Positions 1 through 10,005 of a DNA stretch of 64,000 bases are shown in pieces; within the stretch, counting starts at the first letter, position 1, and each line of letters starts with the position of its first letter. The translations under genes and the position numbers were made by a program. This stretch comes from a virus (lineage: Duplodnaviria > Caudoviricetes). A model generated the notes under the pieces. That model saw only the letters and a program-made list of their open reading frames with translations. It ran no database searches and was not told the DNA's origin. The stretch covers positions 1 to 64,000 of IMG/VR virus record IMGVR_UViG_3300012018_000002; one strand, 5' to 3'.

Positions 1-320
1 TGCTAGATAAACTTTCTAGGACTAGTTCATATAAGGAGCTACCTTATTAAGCTATTGTTTTTATTTTCTCCCAGACTCGACTGAGATTACAGGCTGCGCC
101 ATTCTACGCAGTGGACTTCATTATAATTAACCTAAACTAAACACACCTTAGAAATGTGTTATAATATTTCGTGCGACCTTATTTTAGCAAGTTCTATCCG
201 TATTATTGTTTAGTATTAATCAGTAGTTATTTATTGAGCACCCTCTTGTCTTATACTGGACGGTCAGCTAGTGTAAAAACTGTCGTCAGCCGTAACTTTC
301 ATATAAGAGTAGGGTCACGT

Positions 321-476
321 TTATTGAGCAATATTATTATCTTTAATATATTTATCTCTAGCAGCTTTACATTTTTCAATAGTTTCAAAGTAACCCAATG
401 ATGTGTTTTTACCATTGACTTTTATTTGTTGCCTGTATTTACTAGCTCTTTTTTCTTTAATGTGTTGTTGTGTCAT
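321..476 (-). CDS. Small standalone AP2-like DNA-binding protein (51 aa, not in ORF track)
   Basis: Translates MTQQHIKEKRASKYRQQIKVNGKNTSLGYFETIEKCKAARDKYIKDNNIAQ; the Y.xQI.VNGK...LGYF.T.E....ARD pattern is typical of AP2 domains; start overlaps the stop of the upstream ORF. Confidence 0.6.
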   Translation of the reverse strand: MTQQHIKEKRASKYRQQIKVNGKNTSLGYFETIEKCKAARDKYIKDNNIAQ

Positions 477-1111
477 AATATCTTTGTTATTTTTATTTGG
501 TTGTTTATTACTTTAGGAAACCATTTAGAACCAGAGACATCATTTTTCTCATGAGTATAACTTGAACTATCTTCTTCTAAGAAAAGTTCTTCCATTTCAA
601 CTTCAATATCAAAAACCTTGGGTTGAGATAAGAATTTATTTATAAAGGTAATATAATCATCTTCAGTTACTTTATACCTACCATACTTTTCTCCAGCTTT
701 AAAAGCTGTTTCAATATCTTTTAAAGTAAAATGTTTGAAAAGTTCATTTTGAGCTGCTTTAAAACCTTTAATAAAAGCTTTCCTTTTTCTTGGAGCATTT
801 AAATCAGTATTATATTTATTTGGATTATCTCTATAAGTTTCTAAAGCTAATTTTTCAACATCAATAATACCTAACTGTTCTTCAAATCCATTGAAGTTTA
901 TTGAAGGTAGTTCTGGTAATCCCGATATAATTTTTTTCCACTCAGAAGGACTACCTAAATTAAATCTTTCTAAATTAATACATTTAGAGATATTAGTATG
1001 AGGCATATCAGGTAAATGTTCCTTAGTGTAAATTAAATCTCCTTCTTTTATCTCCTCATCATTTACTATAATAGGAGTTTCGAGCATTATTAGTTGTAGT
1101 TTCATCTCCAT
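473..1111 (-). CDS. Hypothetical phage protein
   Basis: 212-aa ORF in a tightly packed minus-strand run. Confidence 0.7.
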   Translation of the reverse strand: MEMKLQLIMLETPIIVNDEEIKEGDLIYTKEHLPDMPHTNISKCINLERFNLGSPSEWKKIISGLPELPSINFNGFEEQLGIIDVEKLALETYRDNPNKYNTDLNAPRKRKAFIKGFKAAQNELFKHFTLKDIETAFKAGEKYGRYKVTEDDYITFINKFLSQPKVFDIEVEMEELFLEEDSSSYTHEKNDVSGSKWFPKVINNQIKITKIL

Positions 1112-1521
1112 CTTGATTTTTGATACATAACAACTCTAACAACTTCTTCTTGAGTAGCAAATCTATACTCATCTGAAAGTTCTGAATTATTTAACCAATT
1201 AACTAATTTTTGTTTACCGCTACCCTCTTCTCCTTGCCAAATTACTTGTTCATAATTATTAATTTTTGCATCTCTTGCAGTAAAATTACCTAACATTGTA
1301 AAACCATCTGACATATCAGTAAGAGTATAAATTTGATTACCATCACCAATTTTATAATTATTAATAATATAACCTACTTTTTTCATTATGGTAGACAAAT
1401 AACCAGTATCAGAATATCCACTAAAAGGTTTATTGTTCTTTTTTGCATGTAATTCTTCAGGAGACATTCTAACTAAATATTGTCCTGCCCCAGAAAAATC
1501 TTCTATTGTAAAATTTCTCAT
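1102..1521 (-). CDS. Hypothetical phage protein
   Basis: 139-aa ORF overlapping its neighbours. Confidence 0.7.
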   Translation of the reverse strand: MRNFTIEDFSGAGQYLVRMSPEELHAKKNNKPFSGYSDTGYLSTIMKKVGYIINNYKIGDGNQIYTLTDMSDGFTMLGNFTARDAKINNYEQVIWQGEEGSGKQKLVNWLNNSELSDEYRFATQEEVVRVVMYQKSRWR

Positions 1522-1802
1522 ATTTCCAGTTTTAGATTTTCAATGTATGTTGGTTTATTCCATGTTATAAATTTATAATCTTGTCCATGTTCTTTTCCTG
1601 CATCAAATGCTTTCTCAACTACAGGAATTAAAGGAGTTGATTTAGATATTACTTCTTGTATCATTCTGATTTTCCCACTATCTTCTCCAATTATTCTTTG
1701 TAATGGAAAAAAAGAACCACTCTCTTCAGAAAGTTTAGTTTTTAATTCAGTAAGCTTTTTTTCAAGCTCTGTTTTGTTTATAATTATGTATTCGTCTTTC
1801 AT
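1518..1802 (-). CDS. Hypothetical phage protein
   Basis: 94-aa ORF with 4-nt start/stop overlaps. Confidence 0.7.
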   Translation of the reverse strand: MKDEYIIINKTELEKKLTELKTKLSEESGSFFPLQRIIGEDSGKIRMIQEVISKSTPLIPVVEKAFDAGKEHGQDYKFITWNKPTYIENLKLEI

Positions 1803-2200
1803 TGTTTTGATTTTACAAGTTCAATTAATGCTCTTAAACAAGCTAGTTCAGCTTTTTCTTTATTATCTGATATTCTGGTAAATTGATAGGTTTTATAAGC
1901 ATCTCCGGACATTAAAGTATAAATCTCAATATCATAATAAACACTATTAATTCCCTCAATTTTATTAGTTTTAGATTCAGGAAAAGTTACATGTCCATCT
2001 AGTCTATACTTCTCTCTAAACCATCTAAATGCTTGTGAGTATGTTGGGGACATACATATTTGATTATAATACTGGTTGTATTTATTTGTTTGTTGGATTA
2101 TAAAAGACCTGTCATTAAGAAATAAGCCCAAACAAGGTTCATCAAAACCTAATTCTTTTAAAGCTAATGCTTCATCGTATAATATAAAGTCTTTGTTCAT
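1799..2200 (-). CDS. Hypothetical phage protein
   Basis: 133-aa ORF with 4-nt overlaps. Confidence 0.7.
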   Translation of the reverse strand: MNKDFILYDEALALKELGFDEPCLGLFLNDRSFIIQQTNKYNQYYNQICMSPTYSQAFRWFREKYRLDGHVTFPESKTNKIEGINSVYYDIEIYTLMSGDAYKTYQFTRISDNKEKAELACLRALIELVKSKQ

Positions 2201-2508
2201 AATAAATTATTTAAAACATGTTCAATACCTGCTCCTAAAGCTTTCTCTGGAGAATCATAAATAGTCCAGTCTGCTTGAGAAAAGTGATTACTTATTGACC
2301 ATATAAATCCCTTTTTTCCTTCTTTACTGGCATTAAAGATTTTCACCCAGAAGCCGTATTTTTGGTCTATCCAAAATACTACAAGAGCAAATTCTTGAAT
2401 CAAATCTGCTTGTTTAGTTTCTGCACTTGTATAGTCAGGTTTACCTAATACTCTTTTGTTGTGGACAGTATATCCTAATTTCTGAAGTTTTTCAAATAGT
2501 GCTTTCAT
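2197..2508 (-). CDS. Hypothetical phage protein
   Basis: 103-aa ORF in operon. Confidence 0.7.
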   Translation of the reverse strand: MKALFEKLQKLGYTVHNKRVLGKPDYTSAETKQADLIQEFALVVFWIDQKYGFWVKIFNASKEGKKGFIWSISNHFSQADWTIYDSPEKALGAGIEHVLNNLL

Positions 2509-2521
2509 ATTGTTTTATTTT

Positions 2522-3268
2522 TTACCAGTCCCATTTTCTTGGAACTGAAAGATTATAAATATCTTCTATTTCTCCTTTTAAGAATTTAGAAATCTGGTCT
2601 CTTGTATACATTCTATAATTTGAAGCTGGAAAAGAACTTCCATAATTCCAATTTTTTCCTTTAGGTGTCCAACCTTTTTCACGATAATACTGTATATTAA
2701 ATTCTACTTCTGATAATTCAGATATTAAATCAGGTCTTAAAATTCTCTCATGAGTTACCATATGAGGTTTAACTCTAAGTTGAATCCAATAATCAGGAAT
2801 ATCTAATGAAGTATAAAATCTACAATTTTCATTATTACCTAAATAAAATACATCTTTTCTTATTTGAAAATGTTTTTTAACTTGTTCAGGTAAACTATGA
2901 TAAAATTCTAAATTGTATGTTTTATATTGAAAAAGTTGAGGGATACGTAATGATTTATTTTTTCTAGCTTCCTTCCATAAATCTTCTTTAATTGCACTCC
3001 ATGATTTAATCTTTCTACATAATCTAACAAGTCTAATATTATCAGTATGTTCAGGTTTAGTATGATTATCTATTAAATATTTAATTAAAGGATAGTCTTT
3101 TCTATTTTTAATATCATCTCTAACATCTACATAAATATCCCAACCTGATTGATATGGAACTTTAAGTTTTTGAAGAGGTGATTTTCTAATTTTATCAAAA
3201 AGAAAATCTCTTCTTCTACAAAGAGATAAAAACTCTTTTTCCCTTTTTATTTGTTTTTTTAAATTCAT
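2522..3268 (-). CDS. Hypothetical basic protein
   Basis: 248-aa K/R-rich ORF. Confidence 0.7.
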   Translation of the reverse strand: MNLKKQIKREKEFLSLCRRRDFLFDKIRKSPLQKLKVPYQSGWDIYVDVRDDIKNRKDYPLIKYLIDNHTKPEHTDNIRLVRLCRKIKSWSAIKEDLWKEARKNKSLRIPQLFQYKTYNLEFYHSLPEQVKKHFQIRKDVFYLGNNENCRFYTSLDIPDYWIQLRVKPHMVTHERILRPDLISELSEVEFNIQYYREKGWTPKGKNWNYGSSFPASNYRMYTRDQISKFLKGEIEDIYNLSVPRKWDW

Positions 3269-3280
3269 AAGACTAAATTA

Positions 3281-3310
3281 AAAAACCTGCCAGATTACTC
3301 TGACAGGTTT
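3281..3310 (-). terminator. Intrinsic terminator after nrdJ
   Basis: Minus strand AAACCTGTCAG-AGTAAT-CTGGCAGGTTTTTT: hairpin plus U tract. Confidence 0.7.
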
Positions 3311-3337
3311 AACCCAAAAAATGGATTTATTAAAATG

Positions 3338-5278
3338 CTACTTTATAGGACATGCACCTGAATCACAATCTTGTAAATCAAAGTCTTTCTCTTTAATTTC
3401 TACAGAAGTAATAGGTGTTACTTTACTCGCTAATTCAATATACCTTTCTTCAGTTATATCTTCATAAGGAGCTTGTATAAAACCATGTCCTGAATACAAC
3501 ATAAAAGATACAGTTTTAATCTCATCTTTCATGTGTTTTCTTAAATATTCTTTTATTTCTGGTAAATCTTCCAGTTTATAATAAACACTACAGCTTACAG
3601 AGTTATCACTCCAATCAGATTGTAGTTTTCTAACCATGTCCAACTGTTCCTTCCATGTAAAATTAGCAGCTACAGGAGTATCTGATGGAACTCTACAAGG
3701 AAATTCTACTACCATAGTAGTTTTATCTTCTTGTCCATCAAATCCTTTTACTGGTTCCATATAATAACCATGTGTTTTACACACTTCTATTAGTGGAGAA
3801 TTAGATGCAATTCTAACTCTTCTAATGTAAAATGGTCCTGCAGGATTAGGATGAACACCAGGAGTTACTTCTGCTAATAAGGAAAGTGTTCCTGATGGTT
3901 TAACTGTGGTTAATTTAATACTTACAGGAAAATTGTTTTCATGACTATAAGAATCATCATAATCTCTCAACCATTCATAAGCAGGAGATAACCAACTTCT
4001 TTGTTCATCAGTAGCCTGGAGAATACCAGTCATACCTATACCCATTCTCATATTCTTGTTTACAATAGCTTCTGTATCTTTTAAATGACAGTGTAAAGCT
4101 AATGAATGTTTACATATTCTATAAGCATACTCAATACATTCAAGTAATTCATCATAACTTTTTATGTTAGGAAGATATACTTCTGCTAAACAACAAGTTT
4201 CTTTATCTGCTAATCCTTGTTCTGCACATGGATTAAATCCTTCTACATCAGGGTCAGGATAAAAGGTTTGTCCTGTTCTACCTACTTTTTTAGCCAAATC
4301 TAGGTTAATAATTCCATAAGCTTCACCTTTCTCATAAGTTTCCCAATATTCTTTAGGTAAGTCATCCCAGTTATCAGGTATAACTATAGAGTTATTACTC
4401 ATAGCTCTCCAGTTAGGAATACCACCTAAATCCCATCTTTTTGCTCTTAGGAATTCAATATCATCATAATCACCAATAGCTATCTGAGCACTTCTCCTAA
4501 CATTACCAGAAACTACAATAGAACCTATGATATTCATAATATCAAGACAATCTATTGGTCTAAGCTTCTTTCCTGCTCTTAGGTTCAAAATTTCATGTAT
4601 TTGGTTAATACCCTCACACAATTCTTCTGGACCAGAAGCTACCCCACCAAATCCTTTTATAGGAGCACCCTTGCTACGAATGACCATAGTTGAATAAGTA
4701 AATCCTTCTCCATCATAAAAGTGAGCCTTGAGTATCTTATCAAGTAATTTAACCCATCCTTCTCTGTTATCTGGAACTACAAAGTCTACATCAGCTTCGT
4801 CTAATCTTTCAATTTTAATCTTTCTTTTTAGTTTTGGTAGCTGGTAAACATTATGTTTTTGAATGTTATAACCAACTCCAGAGCCTAACATAAGCATTTC
4901 AAATGCCCAGGTAAAAGCTTTAAGGTCGTTTACAACAGTAAAAGCACAATTCTGCAAACTAGGTAATCCTAATTTATCTACTGTTTTTGTGCCCAATTGC
5001 CACATAAATCTACCTGCAACAGAGAATTTTAACTCCTGTCTTAGTGCAGCATACCTAAACTTTTCTTCTTCTGTAAAACCAACACCAAGTTGTTTATCAG
5101 AGGCTTCAATTTCACGTTCAATAACTTGCCAAAACTCTTCAGTTTTAGAGTTTTTGTCTTCTTCTTTTAACCTACGAGCATATGTTCTCTTGAACACAAG
5201 ATACCCAATAGGACCCCAAGGTGTTTTAAATTCGGGGTTTGTATATTTCGCATTTATAACCATAGACACAAGGAACAA
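3338..5278 (-). CDS. nrdJ: Class II (adenosylcobalamin-dependent) ribonucleotide reductase, monomeric RTPR type; true start probably ATG at 5263
   Basis: GRFMW, LQNCAF, GSGVG, NVRRSA, FNPCAE (thiyl-radical Cys), TTVKPSGT, C-terminal CDSGACPIK. Confidence 0.93.
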   Translation of the reverse strand: MFLVSMVINAKYTNPEFKTPWGPIGYLVFKRTYARRLKEEDKNSKTEEFWQVIEREIEASDKQLGVGFTEEEKFRYAALRQELKFSVAGRFMWQLGTKTVDKLGLPSLQNCAFTVVNDLKAFTWAFEMLMLGSGVGYNIQKHNVYQLPKLKRKIKIERLDEADVDFVVPDNREGWVKLLDKILKAHFYDGEGFTYSTMVIRSKGAPIKGFGGVASGPEELCEGINQIHEILNLRAGKKLRPIDCLDIMNIIGSIVVSGNVRRSAQIAIGDYDDIEFLRAKRWDLGGIPNWRAMSNNSIVIPDNWDDLPKEYWETYEKGEAYGIINLDLAKKVGRTGQTFYPDPDVEGFNPCAEQGLADKETCCLAEVYLPNIKSYDELLECIEYAYRICKHSLALHCHLKDTEAIVNKNMRMGIGMTGILQATDEQRSWLSPAYEWLRDYDDSYSHENNFPVSIKLTTVKPSGTLSLLAEVTPGVHPNPAGPFYIRRVRIASNSPLIEVCKTHGYYMEPVKGFDGQEDKTTMVVEFPCRVPSDTPVAANFTWKEQLDMVRKLQSDWSDNSVSCSVYYKLEDLPEIKEYLRKHMKDEIKTVSFMLYSGHGFIQAPYEDITEERYIELASKVTPITSVEIKEKDFDLQDCDSGACPIK

Positions 5279-5374
5279 TTCTAATTAAAGAAAAGTTCCC
5301 TATGTTATAGAGATTAAAAAGCCATCTGGTCAAAGGTTCACCAGGTCACTTAAAGTCAGGAGAGGAACCTCTCT

Positions 5375-5767
5375 TTATCCCTTCTGTTCTCTATAAAAAC
5401 CTGGTCTGTCATCCAGTTTTTTGTCTAGGTTTTCTTGTGTATCTATTAACATCATTAAACAACAACCAGCATGATATAAGTGAGATTTACCACTTTCGGG
5501 GTCATTTTCTTCACCTGAATACCAAGCAGTTAAGTGTCTAAGCATAGCTCCATATAATCTGGAATACTGAATACCATTAGCCCAATTCCAACTTGCATAT
5601 TTCTTAGCTCCAAAAGTGAATATACTTGCTATTCCTCTTAATGCATCAACAGGCAAAAGTTCCATTCTAATCTTATCAGCATCAAACTTTGTTCCACCAG
5701 ATTCTACAAGTTGTTTTTTAGTTTCTTCAATAGAATTAGAAACTTTATAGTCATATGACATTTTCAA
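5375..5767 (-). CDS. dATP/dGTP diphosphohydrolase-like (DUF5664-type) protein
   Basis: GTKFDADK.R..LLP, FGAKKY..WNW, RHL.AW..GE.NDPESG.SHL.HA pattern. Confidence 0.8.
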   Translation of the reverse strand: MKMSYDYKVSNSIEETKKQLVESGGTKFDADKIRMELLPVDALRGIASIFTFGAKKYASWNWANGIQYSRLYGAMLRHLTAWYSGEENDPESGKSHLYHAGCCLMMLIDTQENLDKKLDDRPGFYREQKG

Positions 5768-6314
5768 TAAGTTTATAAAATTTCTTCAAAAATAAATCTT
5801 TAGCTTGTTCTGGTGTATACCCAACAATAGGAGCAGCAGTTAATCTTTGCATATCCCATCCCCAATCATGAGGTTTTAAAAGAACATCTTTCTCATTAAA
5901 TAATATCCTTCCATCAACACTTTTTACTTCTTCTGGCATTTCTTCTGGTAATCCAAACTTTTTACAAATAGCTTTCATTATAACAGCTTCCATTTCTTTA
6001 TAATTAGAAAGAAAAGCTTTAACTGGTGAACTAATATCTGTTATATATGCTTCAGAAGCATCATGTAAAAGTCCATATAATGCATTCTTTTTACTACAAT
6101 TCATTGACACTAAATAAGAGTGTTCTGCAACTGAATAAAAAAATTTTACATGTCCTGTAAATCTACATGAGTTAGATAAAGCATGAGCAATATCTATTAT
6201 ATCAATTTCATCTTCTTGAGGGTCAAGAAAATGAAATGTTTTACCTGTGTAAGTTTGTATATAAGGAGATTTTGCATAAAATTCCTTAGTATCCTTACGT
6301 TTCTCGTAACTCAT
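5751..6314 (-). CDS. HD-domain phosphohydrolase (YfbR/YfdR-like deoxynucleotidase)
   Basis: DIAHALS..CRF.GH...YSVAEHS, LLHDASEAY..D. Confidence 0.85.
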   Translation of the reverse strand: MSYEKRKDTKEFYAKSPYIQTYTGKTFHFLDPQEDEIDIIDIAHALSNSCRFTGHVKFFYSVAEHSYLVSMNCSKKNALYGLLHDASEAYITDISSPVKAFLSNYKEMEAVIMKAICKKFGLPEEMPEEVKSVDGRILFNEKDVLLKPHDWGWDMQRLTAAPIVGYTPEQAKDLFLKKFYKLIENVI

Positions 6315-6684
6315 CTAATAATGGATATTCTTTTTTTGGAATATTGTATTTATCTGCTGCTATTATTTTTAAACTTTCGTGAAACAATTGTGTGCAATAA
6401 TCTTCATGCATATCATCAGCTATAGCTTCCATTGTTCCATCATCTACATTGTCTCCATCTAATCCTACGTTTTCCAAATCATCTCTGTGAACTCTACTTA
6501 CTATAAAGAAACCTTCATTATCATAAAATAATTGTCCTAAGTCTGATATATAATCGTTGTTAAAAGCAATACATAAATCCTCAATAGAATTATATGCATG
6601 TATTTTTTTATCTCTAAGAAGAAAAGCTTTTTTAGCTTGTTCTAAAGATGAACATAAACCATCAGGTTCTACATAATATATCAT
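6295..6684 (-). CDS. Hypothetical phage protein
   Basis: 129-aa ORF in operon. Confidence 0.65.
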   Translation of the reverse strand: MIYYVEPDGLCSSLEQAKKAFLLRDKKIHAYNSIEDLCIAFNNDYISDLGQLFYDNEGFFIVSRVHRDDLENVGLDGDNVDDGTMEAIADDMHEDYCTQLFHESLKIIAADKYNIPKKEYPLLDELRET

Positions 6685-7010
6685 TCTTGTTCATTTATAA
6701 ATTCACAATGTTCTCCACATTCTGGACATATACCATAATCTTCTCCACCTTTTGAAGATGCACCACAGCAATTAGAGAGTAATTCTAACTTAGGAAGATA
6801 CCCTTTAAAGTATCTTTCTAAGTTTTTATGTCCTATATCACTAAGGTCTTTGTAAACTAGATTTAACTGATTATCAGTTAACTCTTCTAAAAGAAGTTTA
6901 ATTTCTCCTTTCTTTACTTGACCTCTGTCAAATACTTCATTAGAATCACTCATTTCATATCCCCAGTCAAACTTATTAAGCTGCTGGACTATTTTTTGTA
7001 TTTTCTCCAT
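6681..7010 (-). CDS. Hypothetical protein with C-terminal Zn ribbon
   Basis: SNCCGA...ICPECGEHCEF. Confidence 0.65.
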   Translation of the reverse strand: MEKIQKIVQQLNKFDWGYEMSDSNEVFDRGQVKKGEIKLLLEELTDNQLNLVYKDLSDIGHKNLERYFKGYLPKLELLSNCCGASSKGGEDYGICPECGEHCEFINEQE

Positions 7011-7437
7011 CTACGTTAGTTGAACCAAATCCACCTTCACCTCTTACTGTAGCAGATAATTCTTCTACTTCAATTGGTTGTATTGTAGGATATGACATAA
7101 TAATTAATTGTCCAACTCTATCTCCTATATTATAATGATTACTAAAGAAATCATCTGTTTTTCTAAACTTAAACATAATCTCTCCTCTATAACCAGAATC
7201 AATAACACCTACACAATTAGTAAGTGCTAAATCATATTTATAAATAGAGCTTCTTGGAAATATTAAACCAACATAACCAAAAGGTATTTCTACAGCCAAA
7301 GATGTTCCATAAGTAACTACAGTATCATTCATACTTATTTCTTTAGATGTAGCTGTTAAATCTAAACCAGCATCTCCAGGTTTAGCATAACTTGGTATTA
7401 CTGCAGAAGGATGAAGTTTTTTAAATCTTAATTCCAT
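6976..7437 (-). CDS. dut: Trimeric dUTPase
   Basis: AGLDL, PRSS, GVIDSGYRGE, DRVGQ, RGEGGFGST motifs. Confidence 0.95.
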   Translation of the reverse strand: MELRFKKLHPSAVIPSYAKPGDAGLDLTATSKEISMNDTVVTYGTSLAVEIPFGYVGLIFPRSSIYKYDLALTNCVGVIDSGYRGEIMFKFRKTDDFFSNHYNIGDRVGQLIIMSYPTIQPIEVEELSATVRGEGGFGSTNVDGENTKNSPAA

Positions 7438-7981
7438 ATAAATATTTTAAATAATCAATCATTGGTTTATATTGTGTCATATAATAATCATCAAGTTTAG
7501 TTAATAACAAATCAAAATCTTCTCTTTTTTCTTGTAACCTTTCTTCGTTAAAAGTAAGTATAGAGTAATTTGTATTTGCTATTATATCACATAACTTAAC
7601 ATAGACACTTGCTTTGTTAGCTAATAATCGCTTATAATAAGCTTCGTCTTTTCTTTCTTTTCTTGTTCTACCAGTGCTTTCAGTGCATCCAAATATACCT
7701 TCTGCTACAAAAATACCAAACTTATCTCTAATTTGATTAAAAGTAATTCTAGCATCTTCTATGGAATCATGTCCAGCAGCTATAACCATATGTTCAATAT
7801 ATAAAGTAGCTTTAGCTAAATTATCAACTATTTCTGGTAAAGGTATGCATTCTTTAAAATATTCTGCTGTATTTACTGTAGCTTTTAAATGAAAACTATA
7901 TGGTAGATTATCTCCATATTTCTGATTACAATCTATATCGTGTAAATTGTAAAAAAATTCTTTTGCTTCTCTTGAAATCAT
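7421..7981 (-). CDS. RelA/SpoT-type HD hydrolase (small alarmone hydrolase/Mesh1-like)
   Basis: H...Q.Y...PY..HL, HDSIED, VKLCDIIAN. Confidence 0.7.
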   Translation of the reverse strand: MISREAKEFFYNLHDIDCNQKYGDNLPYSFHLKATVNTAEYFKECIPLPEIVDNLAKATLYIEHMVIAAGHDSIEDARITFNQIRDKFGIFVAEGIFGCTESTGRTRKERKDEAYYKRLLANKASVYVKLCDIIANTNYSILTFNEERLQEKREDFDLLLTKLDDYYMTQYKPMIDYLKYLYGIKI

Positions 7982-7991
7982 AATAAAAATT

Positions 7992-8579
7992 TTAAGGTAT
8001 ATATAAAATTGTTGGATTGTTCTTATGAACTTCTATGTCAGGATATTTTTGTTTAAACTCAGATAAATTAAATGGTTTCGTTATTAAATGAAAACCATTT
8101 TTAGTAGGTATAGTAGATATATATTTATTACCTATAGGTTGACATTCTCTTTCAATATATAGTAAAATATCATTTACTTTTCTACCAATAGTATCAATAT
8201 CTAATATCCAAAGTTTATCGCTTTCTTGTGAATATTCACCACATACTGAATTATAAGCTGCTCTTACAGATTTAAAATCTTTGTTCATAATCTGGTCTGC
8301 TACTTTTCTCATAGTATGAAAAGCCATTCTTTCAAATGACCTTCTATTAAGATTAATACAAACCCTAGCATCATGAAAATTAGCTAAACATATCATTTCT
8401 CCTTTATAGAATTCTAAATCATCTAATGATTTAATATAATATGTTTTTACTACGTATGAATTACTACCTAATTCAGGATGTTCTTTTTTTCTCTTTAAAA
8501 TTTGAGCGAAGTAAAATACATCTTCGTTATCATTATCAAATTTTAGTAATTTATTAATTGTATTAAAGTTATCAACCAT
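7992..8579 (-). CDS. Hypothetical protein, possible AEP (primase-polymerase)-like fold
   Basis: ILDID and TKNGFH resemble AEP motifs I and II. Confidence 0.4.
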   Translation of the reverse strand: MVDNFNTINKLLKFDNDNEDVFYFAQILKRKKEHPELGSNSYVVKTYYIKSLDDLEFYKGEMICLANFHDARVCINLNRRSFERMAFHTMRKVADQIMNKDFKSVRAAYNSVCGEYSQESDKLWILDIDTIGRKVNDILLYIERECQPIGNKYISTIPTKNGFHLITKPFNLSEFKQKYPDIEVHKNNPTILYIP

Positions 8580-8590
8580 TTAAATTATTT

Positions 8591-8812
8591 TTATAATCCA
8601 TCAAAAAATCCTTTTTTCTTTGTTATTTTTTTATACTTATTTGATTTATAATCAAAATAGGTTATTGAATCAGTATTTTTTCTAATCCATGACTGTAGTA
8701 ATATTACAGTAGATAAAATAACAGCATCTATTTTTAACCATAATTCAGAATCTGTAAAAATAGTTATTAATATAGAGATAATAACTAAAATAATAATAGT
8801 TAAATTTTTCAT
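8591..8812 (-). CDS. Small membrane protein
   Basis: Two hydrophobic segments, basic C-terminus. Confidence 0.6.
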   Translation of the reverse strand: MKNLTIIILVIISILITIFTDSELWLKIDAVILSTVILLQSWIRKNTDSITYFDYKSNKYKKITKKKGFFDGL

Positions 8813-8818
8813 TTTTTT

Positions 8819-9535
8819 TTAATTTTCTTGACCATGATGGTCAATGTTAAACAAAATTTCTTTTTTATTCATTATTTCTTTAATTTCAGTTAAAGAATAA
8901 GGTTGTAAATTATTAGTATCAACTCCCACATCCATAGTTTTGTAGTTTTTGATAAAATAATCATCTCCAATCCAAGTAGGAGAAGTGAACTCTGGTCTAA
9001 GTTCATCAAGTGAACCATGAGAATGACCATATAACATAACAGAACCTCTATGAGATTTATTCCACACTCTCATAGCATAATGAGATAAAATAATGTGTAA
9101 ACCATTTATTTTAAGTTCTTTATAATGTTGACAAGAAGAAAATAAATCTTGCATTCCAATCCTAATAGGAAGAGAACTTACTTTGAGATATTGGAAAGCC
9201 CAATCACGTATTTCTTTTTCTTGTGAACTAGGAACATCATGATTTAATTCAATATGATGGTCATGATTTCCATAAATTAAGTGTATATCTTTACAATGTA
9301 ATCTTTTTCTAAATTCCCAAATTTGTTCAATACCACCAAAAGACCAATCTCCTAAATGATATAATGTATCATTTTCTTTTACACGATTATTAATTCTTTG
9401 AATTAACTTTATATCATGCTGTTCTAATGTTACAAAATTTCTAGTTTTTCTGTTTTTGTTTCTGGATTCCCAGTCTGATACTCCACTTACAATGTTCTTA
9501 TGATGAAAATGAGTATCACTTGTAAAGTAAATCAT
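8819..9535 (-). CDS. Calcineurin-like metallophosphoesterase
   Basis: SDTHF, HLGD, GNHD, SHY, GHSH. Confidence 0.9.
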   Translation of the reverse strand: MIYFTSDTHFHHKNIVSGVSDWESRNKNRKTRNFVTLEQHDIKLIQRINNRVKENDTLYHLGDWSFGGIEQIWEFRKRLHCKDIHLIYGNHDHHIELNHDVPSSQEKEIRDWAFQYLKVSSLPIRIGMQDLFSSCQHYKELKINGLHIILSHYAMRVWNKSHRGSVMLYGHSHGSLDELRPEFTSPTWIGDDYFIKNYKTMDVGVDTNNLQPYSLTEIKEIMNKKEILFNIDHHGQEN

Positions 9536-9767
9536 TGTGTATTTGTTTTAAAAATTCTTTATATTGTTTTTTATCACCATAAGTAGTATGACAAGACCTA
9601 CATAGAGCTTGTAAATTCTCTATGTAGTCCTTATCTTTACTTCCACCCATTTTTCTACTTTCAATATGGTGAATATCTACAGCTTGTTGACCACATACTT
9701 CACATGGTATCCAACTAGATTCATCATATCCAAAATGAGCAAAATAAACTTTAGTGTGATTCTTCAT
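9516..9767 (-). CDS. Small HNH endonuclease
   Basis: CEVC...DIHH...NLQALCRSCH. Confidence 0.85.
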   Translation of the reverse strand: MKNHTKVYFAHFGYDESSWIPCEVCGQQAVDIHHIESRKMGGSKDKDYIENLQALCRSCHTTYGDKKQYKEFLKQIHNDLLYK

Positions 9768-10005
9768 TTGCTAACTCACCATTTCCAAGTTCATCAGTAA
9801 TAACATTATTTATTACAGAGGAAGGAGCTAATATCATTGTAGTTTCTTGTTCTCTTAATGCATAAGCAGTTGCCATGTCATCAGCACTTCCATTGAGTAT
9901 GTCAATAGATAATCTTATTGTTCCATCAGCCATAGTATTAATCTTAGCTATGGTTACTTGTTTATTTATAATCATATGTAGTTCTGTCAAAAGTTTCCCT
10001 GTCAT
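9751..10005 (-). CDS. Hypothetical phage protein
   Basis: 84-aa ORF in operon. Confidence 0.6.
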   Translation of the reverse strand: MTGKLLTELHMIINKQVTIAKINTMADGTIRLSIDILNGSADDMATAYALREQETTMILAPSSVINNVITDELGNGELANEESH

